Source: an uncultured delta proteobacterium | GTDB lineage: Bacteria; Myxococcota; Kuafuiibacteriia; Kuafuiibacteriales; Kuafuiibacteriaceae | Direction: 5' to 3' | NCBI GenBank assembly: GCA_963803435.1 | Contig: CAWDML010000001.1 | Location: forward strand, 2,944,001-3,008,000 | DNA: 64,000 nucleotides | In this document: piece by piece, positions 46,048-56,650 of the stretch | How positions within the stretch are numbered: position 1 is the first letter of the stretch | How the letters are laid out: each line of letters begins with the position of its first letter | Position numbers and translations under genes: made by a program | Notes under the pieces: model-generated | The model's database searches: none | Seen by the model: only the letters and a program-made list of their open reading frames with translations | What the model was told of the DNA's origin: nothing

Positions 46048-47528
46048 AGCCGACCGGCACCCGACCGCCGGGCTGGGCGCTCCTCTTCGGTCTGGCGCTG
46101 GTGTCTTGCCACGACCTGACGGCCCTCCCCTTCCCCGATCCTGGCGACGCCAAGAGCGCCCTCCTCTTCCTCGGTCACCCCCAGGGTGTCGACCTGGCCG
46201 TGGCGTTCGACGCCGCCGGCGACCGCTGGGACCTTGCGCCGTTCTCAGCGCCCGACGACACGCTGATGGCGCTGGTCACCTATCCCGAGAGCCTCGACCA
46301 GCTCCTCCTCGATCCCGGACCGCTCGCGCTCGCGGGTCCCGGCACCGGCCGGCCCCTTCCTCCGGGAACACTGCGCACGAGGACGGCGGGTCTCCGCGAT
46401 GATTGGACGGAGTCCGAGATCCCGGCCTGGCTGGTGGGCGCAGCGCTTCCGGAGGTCACGGACGCCCAATGCGCGGCCCACGGCGGCTGTTTCGTGATTC
46501 CCGAGGAGGCCGCCGACCCGATCTGCAAGGTACCTTGCGAGCAGCGGTGCGCCGACTTTGCCGGCCTCGATCGGCTTCCGCCGGGGCCCATCCCCCTGAT
46601 CCCGGACTGCGAGCTCAGCGGCCCCGAGCGCGGGAGCGAGTGCTGGTCGGATCCGATCGCGTTCGACGGCATCAACAGCGGCCTCTATCCCGACGCGCAC
46701 GATCAACCGGGAAGCTTCACCGTCGAAGGTGGCCGCACGCTGCTCTACTTCGCGAGCGATCGCGATCGTGGCGGCGACGACTCGAACTTCACGCGCACGC
46801 TGGCCGTCGAGATGACCGCTCCGGGTCAGCTCGACGTGGGGACCCTCGAGGATCTGGAGGTGATCCCACCGGCCAGCCAGGATCCGCTCGGTTGGCTCTC
46901 CACCCCGCAGGTCCGCGACGACGCGACCGAGCTGTTCCTGCACGGCAGCTGGCCCGACGCGTACTGGTGGGACGAGGAGATCTTCGTCTCGACGCGCGGC
47001 CCCGAAGGCTGGAGCCGCCTGGTCACCGTCGACGCGCTCGCCGATCCTTCGAACGGCCAGGACCCGGACAACCTCCTCGATCAGGACGAGGTCCGCTCAC
47101 CGCTTCTGCTCCCGGACTACCGCACGCTGATCTACTCGGCGCCGAGCGCGATCGCGCAGCAGCAGCAGTTCGCCCGGCGTCCCTCGACACGCGCGGGCGA
47201 CCTCCGGTTCGAACCCCTGCGCGTCTCCCCATTCGAGCTCAACCGGGCGACGACGGACCAACACTCGCTCTCGTGCGACCGCCGCCACATCTTCTACGTC
47301 TACTTCGAACCCACGACCCACGAGCCCGAGCTTCGCATCGTCGCCATCCGCTCGCTCGAACCGCTGACGTTCGGCCAGCCGCACCCCGTGAAGGACGTCC
47401 GTGGCCAGCCCCTCCGGATCGCCCCGACGCGCCCGTCGTTCTACGCGGTCGAGAGCCCCGACTGTCAGACGCTCTACCTGAGCGACCAGTTCCGAACGTT
47501 CTACTCGACGCGCGCGCCCTGCCTCTAG
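46044..47528 (+). CDS. Hypothetical lipoprotein with TolB/PD40-like C-terminus (probable CTG start)
   Basis: LALVSC lipobox; LLYFASDR, EIFVSTR, TLIYS, LSCD; CTGA overlap with the upstream stop. Confidence 0.72.
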   Translation: MKPTGTRPPGWALLFGLALVSCHDLTALPFPDPGDAKSALLFLGHPQGVDLAVAFDAAGDRWDLAPFSAPDDTLMALVTYPESLDQLLLDPGPLALAGPGTGRPLPPGTLRTRTAGLRDDWTESEIPAWLVGAALPEVTDAQCAAHGGCFVIPEEAADPICKVPCEQRCADFAGLDRLPPGPIPLIPDCELSGPERGSECWSDPIAFDGINSGLYPDAHDQPGSFTVEGGRTLLYFASDRDRGGDDSNFTRTLAVEMTAPGQLDVGTLEDLEVIPPASQDPLGWLSTPQVRDDATELFLHGSWPDAYWWDEEIFVSTRGPEGWSRLVTVDALADPSNGQDPDNLLDQDEVRSPLLLPDYRTLIYSAPSAIAQQQQFARRPSTRAGDLRFEPLRVSPFELNRATTDQHSLSCDRRHIFYVYFEPTTHEPELRIVAIRSLEPLTFGQPHPVKDVRGQPLRIAPTRPSFYAVESPDCQTLYLSDQFRTFYSTRAPCL

Positions 47529-47685
47529 CAAGGATCAAAAGACTCGGCTCAATGCGTTTCCACAGGGCGTCCGGAAGACTTGGGAATCTTGCCTGCATCG
47601 ACTCTGCAGAACACTCGATCGAGCACGATGCAACAACGGCCGCTTTGAATAGCGAATGAGCAGAACGAACGAAACAGGAAACGCG

Positions 47686-47714
47686 GAGCGGTCCGGAGGT
47701 TTTCGGACCGGCTC
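47686..47714. terminator. Hairpin between convergent genes
   Basis: gagcggtccgga-ggtt-ttcggaccggctc inverted repeat just downstream of the 47728 stop. Confidence 0.5.
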
Positions 47715-47727
47715 TTAGTCAGATCCA

Positions 47728-49167
47728 TTAGCGCCGGGTCCCGCTGACGTTGACCACGGCCATCGGCGTCAGCGGATCGTTCGAGTCGACCGTGACCACG
47801 CCGTCGTAGAAGCCGGGCCCGGGCGGATCGAACCCGAACTCGAACGTGAGACCCGCCGGGTCGCTCTCGCAGTTCATCGTGGGCTGCACCATCGTCCCGC
47901 CGGCCGGCAGGTTGTAGAGGTTCATCGATCCGCCGCCGCCGTTCTCTTGCAGCATGATGCTGTTGATGATCAGCGGCGATTCGCCGCAGTTGCGGATGCC
48001 GACGGTGACGCGGGCCTCGGGGACGTTTCCGTCCTGGGTCACCGTGATGGTGTCGGGATCGACGTTGATCAGCGGTTTGATGACGCGGCCGTCGATGCGG
48101 ACAGCCTGACCGGGGCGGTTGTAGGCGTTCGAGCCGAAGGCCACCAGCTGGTTGTCGAACGCGTAGTCCTCGGGCGTGTACTGCACGTCGAACATCTGGT
48201 TCCCGCCGGGCGGGATCGTGATCGTCCCGAGCGACATCGGATCGGGCGTGACGGCCACCTCGGTCTCGGACGTGTTCGTGATGCTCCCGCCGACGCTCAG
48301 GTCCCGATCGCCGGTGTTGAGCAGCTCGATGTAGCCGTTGGCGCTCGAGCTCCGGAGGATCGCGAAGTCGATCCGCGGCGCTTGATTGTCCGCGGTGCAG
48401 AGATCTGGCAGCCCCGCGCCGCCGGCGCAGATCTCGAAGATCGGACCGACCGCGCGACCCTGGAGGGACACGGTGATCTCGGCGCCGTCCGGTGCCGTGG
48501 TCTGGATGCGGACGGTGCCCGAGACCGGTCCCATCACCTTGGGCAGGAACGAGACGGCAAAGGTCTTCGAGTCCGCCGGCGCGTACGTGCCCACCGCGCT
48601 CATCGGATCGAGCGTGAACGCACCGTCCCCGTCGCCCATCAGCTCGAGGCTCGTGAGATCGAAGTTGTCGGTGCCAGGGTTGGAGACGGTCACCATCTGC
48701 GTCATGAGCTGCGTCATGGACGTCAGCAACACCTCGCCGAAGTCGACGACGAGCGGCTCGACGCGCACCGCGGCTTCGATGCCCTCGCCCATCAGCGGCA
48801 CCTCGACGGCCTCGGCCGTCGGATCATCGGGCGTCAGCGTCAACGTGCCTTGCGCGGCGCCGAGCTCGGTCGGCGTGAAGGCGACCGCAATGTCGATGGA
48901 GCCTCCGACACCGATCGTCGCGGTCGCGGTGGGCCCCGAGAATGGTGCGGCCACATCGAAGCTCTGGATGGTCACACCGTAGCTGCCGATGTTCTTCACC
49001 CGGAGCTGCACCTCCTTGGAGACCCCGAGCGCCACCCGCCCGAAGTCGACCTGAGGTGGGTCCACCTCGATCGCTGCGTGGAGCCGAGCGATCGGATCGT
49101 CACAGGTGCATCCGCCGAAGGACAGCACCAGGGCGAGAAGGGCGCTGGCGAGGATTCCGCGAGCCAC
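47728..49167 (-). CDS. Lipoprotein with tandem ASH/choice-of-anchor-D Ig-like domains
   Basis: FGGC lipobox; repeats VDP..VDFG.V....V.N.G...L...F.P...G...G.L. Confidence 0.8.
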   Translation of the reverse strand: MARGILASALLALVLSFGGCTCDDPIARLHAAIEVDPPQVDFGRVALGVSKEVQLRVKNIGSYGVTIQSFDVAAPFSGPTATATIGVGGSIDIAVAFTPTELGAAQGTLTLTPDDPTAEAVEVPLMGEGIEAAVRVEPLVVDFGEVLLTSMTQLMTQMVTVSNPGTDNFDLTSLELMGDGDGAFTLDPMSAVGTYAPADSKTFAVSFLPKVMGPVSGTVRIQTTAPDGAEITVSLQGRAVGPIFEICAGGAGLPDLCTADNQAPRIDFAILRSSSANGYIELLNTGDRDLSVGGSITNTSETEVAVTPDPMSLGTITIPPGGNQMFDVQYTPEDYAFDNQLVAFGSNAYNRPGQAVRIDGRVIKPLINVDPDTITVTQDGNVPEARVTVGIRNCGESPLIINSIMLQENGGGGSMNLYNLPAGGTMVQPTMNCESDPAGLTFEFGFDPPGPGFYDGVVTVDSNDPLTPMAVVNVSGTRR

Positions 49168-49280
49168 GGGCCCATCATGGCCAACCTCGGGGGCTTTGCC
49201 AGTCGGACACGAAACCGGTACCCCCAGACGGACGGTCAGGAAGTGCCCTGCCCTCCGATCCGGCGTACATTGGGGAGGCC

Positions 49281-49655
49281 ATGAGCGAACCACGGCCCGA
49301 CGGCGTCGCCGAGGCGACCGCCCGGCTGATGAACATGGTGGCCACCCTGGCCGCGCCCCAGGTCCACCAGCGACTGCTGGCCACCTCCTCCTGCGGGGAG
49401 CTCTTTCACCACGTCGAGGAGCACATCGAGCCCTTCCTCGAGACCGTCGGATCGGCGTCGATCGTCGGCGCCGAGCGCGAGGTCGATACCTCCGAGCTTG
49501 CGCGAATGACGATCGAGCTGCGGGATCTGTTGCGCGCCCAGAGCGGGACCGATGCGGTCAGCCCCGAGATCATCGCCAAGGCGCGCGCCTGGTTCTCGAC
49601 CATCGGGTTCGGTGAGCCGCCCGGGGGCTGGGACGCGTTTACCGGCGAGCCGTAG
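49281..49655 (+). CDS. Hypothetical protein (124 aa)
   Basis: SD GGGGAGG then ATG, coding-like codon usage; stop overlaps the lpxB 3' end. Confidence 0.65.
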   Translation: MSEPRPDGVAEATARLMNMVATLAAPQVHQRLLATSSCGELFHHVEEHIEPFLETVGSASIVGAEREVDTSELARMTIELRDLLRAQSGTDAVSPEIIAKARAWFSTIGFGEPPGGWDAFTGEP

Positions 49656-50775
49656 CCAGCACCTCCATCACGGCGGCGGCGGCGCGCTCGGCGGCGCCGG
49701 CCTCACCGAGGAGCGCCCGGACCTCGCGGGTGGCGGCGATCGCGCGATCCCGAGCTTCGCCCTCGACGAGGAGGACCTCCGCCTGCGCCGCCAGGTTCTC
49801 TGGCGTCAAGTCGTCTTGCAGGAGCTCGGGCGCGACCTGGCGGCCGGCGATGATGTTGGGAAGCCCCAGGTGGCGGAGCTTCGTCATCCACTTCGCGATC
49901 CAGAACGTGATCGCATGGACCCGGTAGACGATGATCTGAGGACGACCGAGCAGCGCGGTCTCCAGGGTGGCGGTGCCCGAGGCGACGATCGCGAGTCGGG
50001 AGACCGCCACGGCGTGGCGGCGCGCGGCGGCATCGCCCTCGATCGTGCGGATGCGAGCGCCAAAGGGGTGAGCGGCGATCCGCGCGCGCAGCGAGGCGAC
50101 GTCGACGCCCGGGGCGATGGGGAGGACGCAGCCGTCGAGGAGGCCGCGCGCGGCGAGCTGCGCGGCGGCGTCGAGCATGACCGGGAGGTGGCGATCGATC
50201 TCGGAGCGGCGGCTGCCGGGGAGCAACGCAATGGTTTTCGAGGCGGGCCCCCCCGAGAGATCCTCCTCGATCGGGGGCACCTGGTCGAGGAGCGGATGAC
50301 CGACGCAGATCGCGTCGACGCCCGCCTCGCTCCAGACGCGGGTCTCGAACGGGAAGAGGACCAGCAGCCGATCGATCGCGTTTCGGAAGGTCCGTACCCG
50401 CCCGCGCCGCCAGGCCCAGACCGAAGGGCCCACGTAGAACACGACCGGAATGCCAGCGCGGCGAAGAACCTGGGCGAGGCGGAGGTTGAAATCCGGTACG
50501 TCGATCAAGACCGCCAGGTCCGGCTTCGCCTCGAGGGCGATCGCGGCGAGCTCCGCCTTCAACCGGAACAGCCGCGGCAGGTGACGGATCACCTCGACCA
50601 GGCCGACCACACCGACCTCGCCGGCGTCCTTGAGCTTGCGAAAGCCCTCGGCCTCCATGGCGGCGCCGCCCATCCCGAAGAGATCGATCTCGCCGGTCCG
50701 CGGGCGTAGGGCGCGGATCAGGGACGCCCCGAGCGCGTCTCCGCTGGCCTCGCCGGCGCTGATGAAGATCTTCAG
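49639..50775 (-). CDS. lpxB: Lipid-A-disaccharide synthase
   Basis: IFISAGEASGD, DVPDFN, PSVWAWR, VGHPL, LLPGSRRSE, ASGTATLE, LPNI; probable CTG start. Confidence 0.95.
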   Translation of the reverse strand: MKIFISAGEASGDALGASLIRALRPRTGEIDLFGMGGAAMEAEGFRKLKDAGEVGVVGLVEVIRHLPRLFRLKAELAAIALEAKPDLAVLIDVPDFNLRLAQVLRRAGIPVVFYVGPSVWAWRRGRVRTFRNAIDRLLVLFPFETRVWSEAGVDAICVGHPLLDQVPPIEEDLSGGPASKTIALLPGSRRSEIDRHLPVMLDAAAQLAARGLLDGCVLPIAPGVDVASLRARIAAHPFGARIRTIEGDAAARRHAVAVSRLAIVASGTATLETALLGRPQIIVYRVHAITFWIAKWMTKLRHLGLPNIIAGRQVAPELLQDDLTPENLAAQAEVLLVEGEARDRAIAATREVRALLGEAGAAERAAAAVMEVLATARR

Positions 50776-51596
50776 CGACGCCGGGCCCGCGTCACGCCGC
50801 GCGTGCTCGCTCGAAGGAAGCGGCACAGGTGAGCGACCTCCGAGACCGCCTGCGCCGGCCCCTCCTCGAGCTCGGCGAGCGCCTCCGCGTAGCGTCCTCG
50901 CAGGAACAGCGCCTTGTAGGCCTCCTTGAGCGCACGCTTGGACGCGTCCGAGAAGCCGGCGCGATCGAGGCCGACCGTGTTCAGGCCGAAGAGCGCGGCC
51001 GGGTGACCGTCGGCCATCACGTACGGTGGGATGTCCATTTGCACCCGCGTCGACGCACCGGTGATCGCGCGCGTCCCGATCCGGACGAACTGATGGATCG
51101 TGGTGACCCCGCCCAGGATCGCGAAATCCTCCACCACGCAGTGCCCCGCAACCTGGGTTGCATTGGCCATGATTACCGAGTCGCCGATCCGGCAGTCGTG
51201 CGCGACGTGGCAGTAGGCCATGATCAAGCAATCCGCGCCGACCTCGGTGAGACCGCACCCCTCGCCGACGCTGCCGGGCTGGAGCGTCGCGCTCTCGCGG
51301 ATGACGGTGCGCGGACCGATGGTGAGCCGGGTCGGGGAACCGTCGTACTTCTTGTCCTGAGGCGCAAGCCCGACGCAGGCGTGCGGATACACCTCGCACC
51401 GATCGCCGAGCGTGGTGTGTCCGTCGAGGACCGTGTGGGAGTGGATGCGGGTGCCGTCGCCGATCCGCACGTGCTCGCCGACGATCGCGTAGGGGCCGAC
51501 ATCGACGCCGGCCCCGAGCTCTGCACGCTCGTGGACGATCGCGGTCGGGTGGACGCGCGTCTCGTGGAGCGGGATCGGTGCCTTCTCGCTGGTCAT
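50772..51596 (-). CDS. lpxA: UDP-N-acetylglucosamine acyltransferase
   Basis: Hexapeptide repeats, PQDKKY, HVAHDC, AGHC, IHQF. Confidence 0.96.
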   Translation of the reverse strand: MTSEKAPIPLHETRVHPTAIVHERAELGAGVDVGPYAIVGEHVRIGDGTRIHSHTVLDGHTTLGDRCEVYPHACVGLAPQDKKYDGSPTRLTIGPRTVIRESATLQPGSVGEGCGLTEVGADCLIMAYCHVAHDCRIGDSVIMANATQVAGHCVVEDFAILGGVTTIHQFVRIGTRAITGASTRVQMDIPPYVMADGHPAALFGLNTVGLDRAGFSDASKRALKEAYKALFLRGRYAEALAELEEGPAQAVSEVAHLCRFLRASTRGVTRARRR

Positions 51597-51597
51597 C

Positions 51598-52086
51598 TCA
51601 GCCGTACTTCGGCGGCGGCAGCCCCTCGGGCAGCGCCTTCTTCCCGGCGGCCGGGGCCGCCGTCGCGGTGATCAGCGCCTGCGACGCCAGCGCGCCGTCG
51701 ATCCAGACCTCACACTCGAGCTTCCACATGCCGAGGCGATGTCGAACCACGCGCGCCCGAAGATCCATGAGATCGCCGGGCACCACCGGGCGGCGGAAGC
51801 GGCAGTCGGTGATGCTGGTGACGTAGATGGCGCGACCTTCGCCGACGTCGGCGCCCGACAGGATCGCGAGCAGCGCGCCGGCCTGCCCCATGGCTTCGAT
51901 CTGGATGACGCCCGGCATCACCGGGTTGTTGGGGAAGTGGCCGTTGAAGAAGGCCTCGTTGCCGGTGACGCACTTCTTGGCGCGGATGTGGTCACCGAGC
52001 ACGACCTCGTCGACGCGATCCACGAAGAGAAAAGGGTAGCGGTGAGGCAGGTAGCCCTTGATCTGCTCCAGGTCGAGCGACGTCAT
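51598..52086 (-). CDS. fabZ: 3-hydroxyacyl-ACP dehydratase
   Basis: [30 protein letters not shown]. Confidence 0.97.
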   Translation of the reverse strand: MTSLDLEQIKGYLPHRYPFLFVDRVDEVVLGDHIRAKKCVTGNEAFFNGHFPNNPVMPGVIQIEAMGQAGALLAILSGADVGEGRAIYVTSITDCRFRRPVVPGDLMDLRARVVRHRLGMWKLECEVWIDGALASQALITATAAPAAGKKALPEGLPPPKYG

Positions 52087-53129
52087 CTCTCTTCCTTTGC
52101 CCCGAGGAGGCGCTCGAGCTTCTTCACGCGCTTGAACAGCGAGTCAAGCTTGCCGAGGAGAACGAGCGTACGGAAGTGTTCCTTCTGGGGCACCGCCGGC
52201 GAGCCCATCATCGACTCGCCGGCCGGCACCGACCGCATGATGCCCGACTGCCCGAGCACGCGAACCTCATCTCCCAGCTCGACGTGGCCGACGACGCCGG
52301 CCTGGGCGGCGAGGATCACGGATCGACCGAGCCGGCTCGAGCCCGCGATCCCGGACTGCGCCACCAGGATGCAGCGGGGACCGATCTGGACGTTGTGACC
52401 GACCTGAACCAGGTTGTCGATCTTCGTGCCCTCGCCGATCCGCGTGAGCCCGAGCGCGCCGCGATCGATACACGAGTTGGCGCCGATCTCCACGCAGTCC
52501 TCGATCTCGACGCTGCCCACCTGCGGGATCTTCACGTGCTCGCCCTGGTCCTCGGCGAAGCCGAAGCCGTCCGAGCCCACCACGACTCCGGGATGCAGGA
52601 TGCACTGCGCACCGACGCGACAGCCGTGTCGGACGACGACGTGGTTGTAGAGGATGGTCCCCGCCCCGATCGAAGCGTCGCCCTCGACGTGGGCGCCCGC
52701 GTGCAGGACCGCGCCCTCTCCAACCACTGCGCCCGGGCCCACGAACACGAACGGTCCGATCGAGACACCGGCGCCCAGCACCGCGCTCGGATCGATCGCC
52801 GCGGAGGCATGGACACCGTCCGGCTGCGGAGGCCGCTCGGCCAGGGCCTGGGACACGCGGGCGAAGGCGGCGTACGGCGTGGGGGTCGCGATCACCGCGA
52901 GGCGCTCGGGGAGCTGCACGCCGTCCAGCGCGCCTGGATCGATCAGCAGCGCTGAGGCTGCGGTGGTCTTCAGAAACGGGAGGTATTCGGGCTTCGCGAC
53001 GAACGTGATGGCACCTTCGCTCGCGGAGTCGGCCGGCGCGACGCGGGTGACGGTCGTCGACCCGTCGCCTCGGATCAGCTCTCCGCGCGCGATCTTCGCC
53101 AGCTCGGCGACTGTCCTTCCGCTGGACAT
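52083..53129 (-). CDS. lpxD: UDP-3-O-(3-hydroxyacyl)glucosamine N-acyltransferase
   Basis: Hexapeptide repeats, [28 protein letters not shown]. Confidence 0.96.
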   Translation of the reverse strand: MSSGRTVAELAKIARGELIRGDGSTTVTRVAPADSASEGAITFVAKPEYLPFLKTTAASALLIDPGALDGVQLPERLAVIATPTPYAAFARVSQALAERPPQPDGVHASAAIDPSAVLGAGVSIGPFVFVGPGAVVGEGAVLHAGAHVEGDASIGAGTILYNHVVVRHGCRVGAQCILHPGVVVGSDGFGFAEDQGEHVKIPQVGSVEIEDCVEIGANSCIDRGALGLTRIGEGTKIDNLVQVGHNVQIGPRCILVAQSGIAGSSRLGRSVILAAQAGVVGHVELGDEVRVLGQSGIMRSVPAGESMMGSPAVPQKEHFRTLVLLGKLDSLFKRVKKLERLLGAKEER

Positions 53130-53136
53130 CCCACCG

Positions 53137-53697
53137 TCACTTGCCAGGTTTCTTGATGTCGAGCGGCTTGCCCTTGTAGCGCTTGCCGTACGTTTCGATG
53201 ATCTTCTGGGTGATGTCGATCTTCGCGTCGGCGTAGAGGACATTCGGCGTCTGCTCGGGTCCGACCTCGAACACGAACTCGTAGTCGCCGATCGTCGCGA
53301 CCTCGCGGACCACCAGCTCGACGCGCTCCAGCATGGCGTCGGTGATCCGCTTCTCCCAGTCGCCCAGCTCCTGCTGTTGGGTGAGGAACTGCTGCGTCAG
53401 GTCCTGCGCGTCCTTGAACAGCGCCTGCTCCTCCTGGAGTGTCGCGTTTGGATCGCTGACCGCCTTCTTGGCGTCGAGCTTCGCCTTGCGGTCGCGGAGC
53501 TCCTTCTGCTTGGCCTCGAGCGCGGCCTGGCGGGCCTTTCGATCCTTCTCGAGCTCGGCGACCGCGCTCTTCCAGTGGTCGGTCGAGTTCATGACCTTCT
53601 CCACGTTGACGACGGCAGTCTTGGGCATGCCCTCGTCAGCGAGAGCGGTCATTGGAACGACGGCGAGCAACAGCGCCAGAGAGAGCGCACGCATCAC
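53137..53697 (-). CDS. skp: OmpH/Skp periplasmic chaperone
   Basis: Signal peptide, [10 protein letters not shown], coiled coil, LYAD..IDIT; position upstream of lpxD. Confidence 0.85.
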   Translation of the reverse strand: MMRALSLALLLAVVPMTALADEGMPKTAVVNVEKVMNSTDHWKSAVAELEKDRKARQAALEAKQKELRDRKAKLDAKKAVSDPNATLQEEQALFKDAQDLTQQFLTQQQELGDWEKRITDAMLERVELVVREVATIGDYEFVFEVGPEQTPNVLYADAKIDITQKIIETYGKRYKGKPLDIKKPGK

Positions 53698-53824
53698 GGG
53701 TCCTCTAGAGGCCGGCGGGCAGACTGGTCAAGCTCGCTCTCCTCCAGAGACCTATACGACGACGCCCCCCGCGGCCGTCGAACGGTGACCGCGCTTACCC
53801 CTCGTGGGCTGGGACGCTGGATTT

Positions 53825-54968
53825 TCAGCCGTTCAAGAGGCTGCGGGCGATGACGAAGCGTTGGATCTCGCTGGTGCCCTCGTAGATCGTCGTGACGCGA
53901 ACGTCCCGGTAGTGCCGCTCGACGCCGAACTCGCGGGTGTAGCCGTAACCGCCGTGAATCTGGATGGCCTGGGCGCAGGCTCGGTTGGCGGCCTCGGTCG
54001 CGAACAGCTTCGCCATCGACGCCTCCCGCGTGAAGGGTTGATCGTGGTCCTTCAGCCAGGCCGCCCGCAGAATCATCAGACGGGCGGCGTCGAGCTCCAT
54101 CGCCATGTCGGCAATCTTCCACTGGATCGCCTGAAACTCACCGATCGGCTTGCCGAACTGGATCCGCTCGTTCGCGTACTTGGCGGAGGCCTCCAGCGCC
54201 GCCTGTCCGATCCCGAGCGCCTGCGATCCGACGCCGATCCGGCCGCCGTCGAGGGCGCGCATCGCCACCTTGAAGCCGATCCCCTCCTCGCCGAGCCGGT
54301 TCTCCACGGGGACCTCGACGTCCTCGAGCGTGATGGTCACAGTGCTCGAAGCCCGTAGGCCCATCTTCTCCTCGTGGCGTCCCACCGAGAACCCCTTCAT
54401 CGAGGGCTCGACCAGGAACGCGGAGATTCCGCGGGCACCCTTCTCCGGATCCGTCTTCGCCATCACCAGGAGCACGCCGGAGCGGTCGCCGCTCGTGATC
54501 CACGACTTCGATCCGTTGAGCACGTAACGATCCCCGCGCCGCACGGCGGTGGTCTTGAGCGCGGCGGCGTCCGATCCCGAGCCCGCCTCCGAGAGCGCGA
54601 AGGACCCGGCCAGCATCTCCGCCGCTGCCAGCTTGGGGATGTACCTCTGCTTCTGCGCCTCCGCGCCGAACGCGTTGATGGCGTCCGCGACCAGGTTCGT
54701 GACCGCCATGGTGACCGAGGTCGACGCGCATCCCTTGGCGACCTCGGTCATCGCGAGCGAGTAGCACACCGAGCCCAGCTCTGCGCCGCCGTATCGGTCG
54801 GGGACCATCATCGCCAGGAAGCCGTTCTCGGCCAGCGCCCGGATTCTGAGGCTCCGGGAAGCGCTCGCTCTTGTCGTACTCTGAGGCTTTCGGTCTCAGG
54901 ATCTCGTCCGCGATCCGGCGCGCCGAGTCTCGAACCAGCCGCTGCTCCTCGGAGAGCTCGAAGTCCAT
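53825..54968 (-). pseudogene. Acyl-CoA dehydrogenase split by a +1 frameshift near 54844 (pseudogene or sequencing error)
   Basis: MDFELSEEQ...RFPEPQ is in one frame, IRALAENGFLAMMVPDRYGG...ALSEAGSGSD...IYEGTSEIQ in another; deleting one base restores a full ORF. Confidence 0.85.
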
Positions 54969-55049
54969 GTCGTCGCTCTACCACGGACGACGCGCTTGCG
55001 CGCGCCTTTCCGGCCTGCGGCTTGCACCAGCCTCACCCCGGAGGAGTCA

Positions 55050-55397
55050 ATGAAAACAGCACCCGCTCGCTACATCAACATCGTGCTCGGCATCTGGCTA
55101 TTCATCTCTGCGTTCGCTTGGCCGCACACGACCGCTCAATTCACGAACGAATGGGTGGTCGGATTGCTGGTCGTCGTCTGCGCCGGCGTCGCGCTGCGAG
55201 TCGACGCCGCCCGCTACGCCAACACCGTCCTCGCCGTATGGTTGTTCTTCTCGAATTGGATCCTTCACACGGAGGCCAGCGGCACCGCCTGGAACAACAT
55301 CATCGTCGCGATCGCGATCTTCGTCGCATCGCTGGCGGGGACCTCGAAGGTGATGACGACGCGGACTTCACCACCGGCCACGCCCCGTCCCGCATAG
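55050..55397 (+). CDS. SPW-repeat-like small membrane protein
   Basis: SD GGAGGAG; duplicated N..LG.WLF.S motif, 4 TM helices. Confidence 0.8.
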   Translation: MKTAPARYINIVLGIWLFISAFAWPHTTAQFTNEWVVGLLVVVCAGVALRVDAARYANTVLAVWLFFSNWILHTEASGTAWNNIIVAIAIFVASLAGTSKVMTTRTSPPATPRPA

Positions 55398-55483
55398 GCG
55401 CCACGGCCGCGAGAAAGTCGTGTCCGATCGCGGCGCAGGAACCGCTTGATCACCTGCCCGTCGGTGTGCGTTGAATTCCGGCG

Positions 55484-56650
55484 ATGGACCTCGCGCTGAC
55501 CGATCTGCAGCAGCAGATCAAGGACATGACCCAGGAGTTCGCGACCAAGGAGGTCCGCCCCCAGGCCGAGCAGATCGACAAGACGGGCCGCTTCCCCGAG
55601 GAGCTGGTGAAGCGGATGGCCGCTCTCGGCCTGATGGGCATGTGCGTCCCCGAGCAGTGGGGCGGCTCCGGCTTCGACACCATCTCCTACGCGATCGCGA
55701 TGGAGAACATCTCCTGGGGCTGCGCCTCCACCGGCGTGATCATGAGCGTCAACAACTCGCTGTACTGCGATCCGCTGCTCAAGCACGGCAACGACGGCCA
55801 GCGGAAGCGGTGGCTCGAGCCCTTCGCCACCGGCGAGAAGCTCGGCTGCTTCGGCCTCACCGAGCCGATGAGCGGCTCGGACGCCCAGCACATGGCGACC
55901 CGAGCAGAGAAGAAGGGCGACCGCTACGTGATCAGGGGCCAGAAGAACTTCATCACCAACGGTCCCAACGCCGACGCCATCGTCGTCTTCGCGGCCACCG
56001 ATCCGAGCAAGGGCTCTCGCGGCACCACCTGCTTCGTCATCCCGCGCACCGCCAAGGGCTACCTGATCGAGTCGCTCGACAAGAAGCTCGGCATCAAGGG
56101 CTCGCACTCCTGCACCATCAGCTTCGACGAGTGTGAAGTGCCCGAGGAGAACCGGCTCGGCGACGAGGGCGTCGGCTTCAAGATCGCGATGGGCACGCTC
56201 GACGGCGGGCGCATCGGCATCGCCGCCCAGGCCCTCGGGATCGCGCGGGCCGCCTTCGAGGCCGCCCGCGAGTGGTCGCTCGAGCGCAAGGCCTTCGGCG
56301 TACCGATCAGCCAGCACCAGGCGATCCAGTTCAAGCTGGCGGACATGGCCACCGAGATCGACGCCGCGCGCCTGCTGACCCTGCGCGCCGCCTACCTAAA
56401 GGACAAGGGCGTCCGGCACTCGCGCGAGTCGGCGATGGCCAAGCTGTACGCGAGCGAGGTCGCGATGCGCGTGACGACGCAGGCGATCCAGGTCTACGGC
56501 GGTTACGGATACATCACCGAGTACCCGGTCGAGCGCCACTTCCGCGACGCGAAGATCACCGAGATCTACGAGGGCACCTCGGAGATCCAGCGCATCGTAA
56601 TCTCCCAGAACGTGCTCAAGAACGGACCGTTTGGCGCGCTCGGTTATTAG
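55484..56650 (+). CDS. Acyl-CoA dehydrogenase (short/branched-chain type)
   Basis: GCFGLTEPMSGSD, KNFITNG, GGRIGIAAQ, QVYGGYGY, IYEGTSEIQR. Confidence 0.95.
   Translation: MDLALTDLQQQIKDMTQEFATKEVRPQAEQIDKTGRFPEELVKRMAALGLMGMCVPEQWGGSGFDTISYAIAMENISWGCASTGVIMSVNNSLYCDPLLKHGNDGQRKRWLEPFATGEKLGCFGLTEPMSGSDAQHMATRAEKKGDRYVIRGQKNFITNGPNADAIVVFAATDPSKGSRGTTCFVIPRTAKGYLIESLDKKLGIKGSHSCTISFDECEVPEENRLGDEGVGFKIAMGTLDGGRIGIAAQALGIARAAFEAAREWSLERKAFGVPISQHQAIQFKLADMATEIDAARLLTLRAAYLKDKGVRHSRESAMAKLYASEVAMRVTTQAIQVYGGYGYITEYPVERHFRDAKITEIYEGTSEIQRIVISQNVLKNGPFGALGY

Noticed and set aside
47529-47685. AT-richer stretch between convergent genes as a possible mobile-element remnant
   Set aside because: No terminal inverted repeats, target duplication or transposase fragment visible
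18202-49167. Accessory region as a prophage or genomic island
   Set aside because: No integrase, phage genes, tRNA attachment site or evident compositional shift; content is typical of myxobacterial signalling and surface-protein expansions
53698-53824. Absence of bamA upstream of skp-lpxD-fabZ-lpxA-lpxB
   Set aside because: Ordinary gene-order variation; bamA is probably elsewhere in the genome
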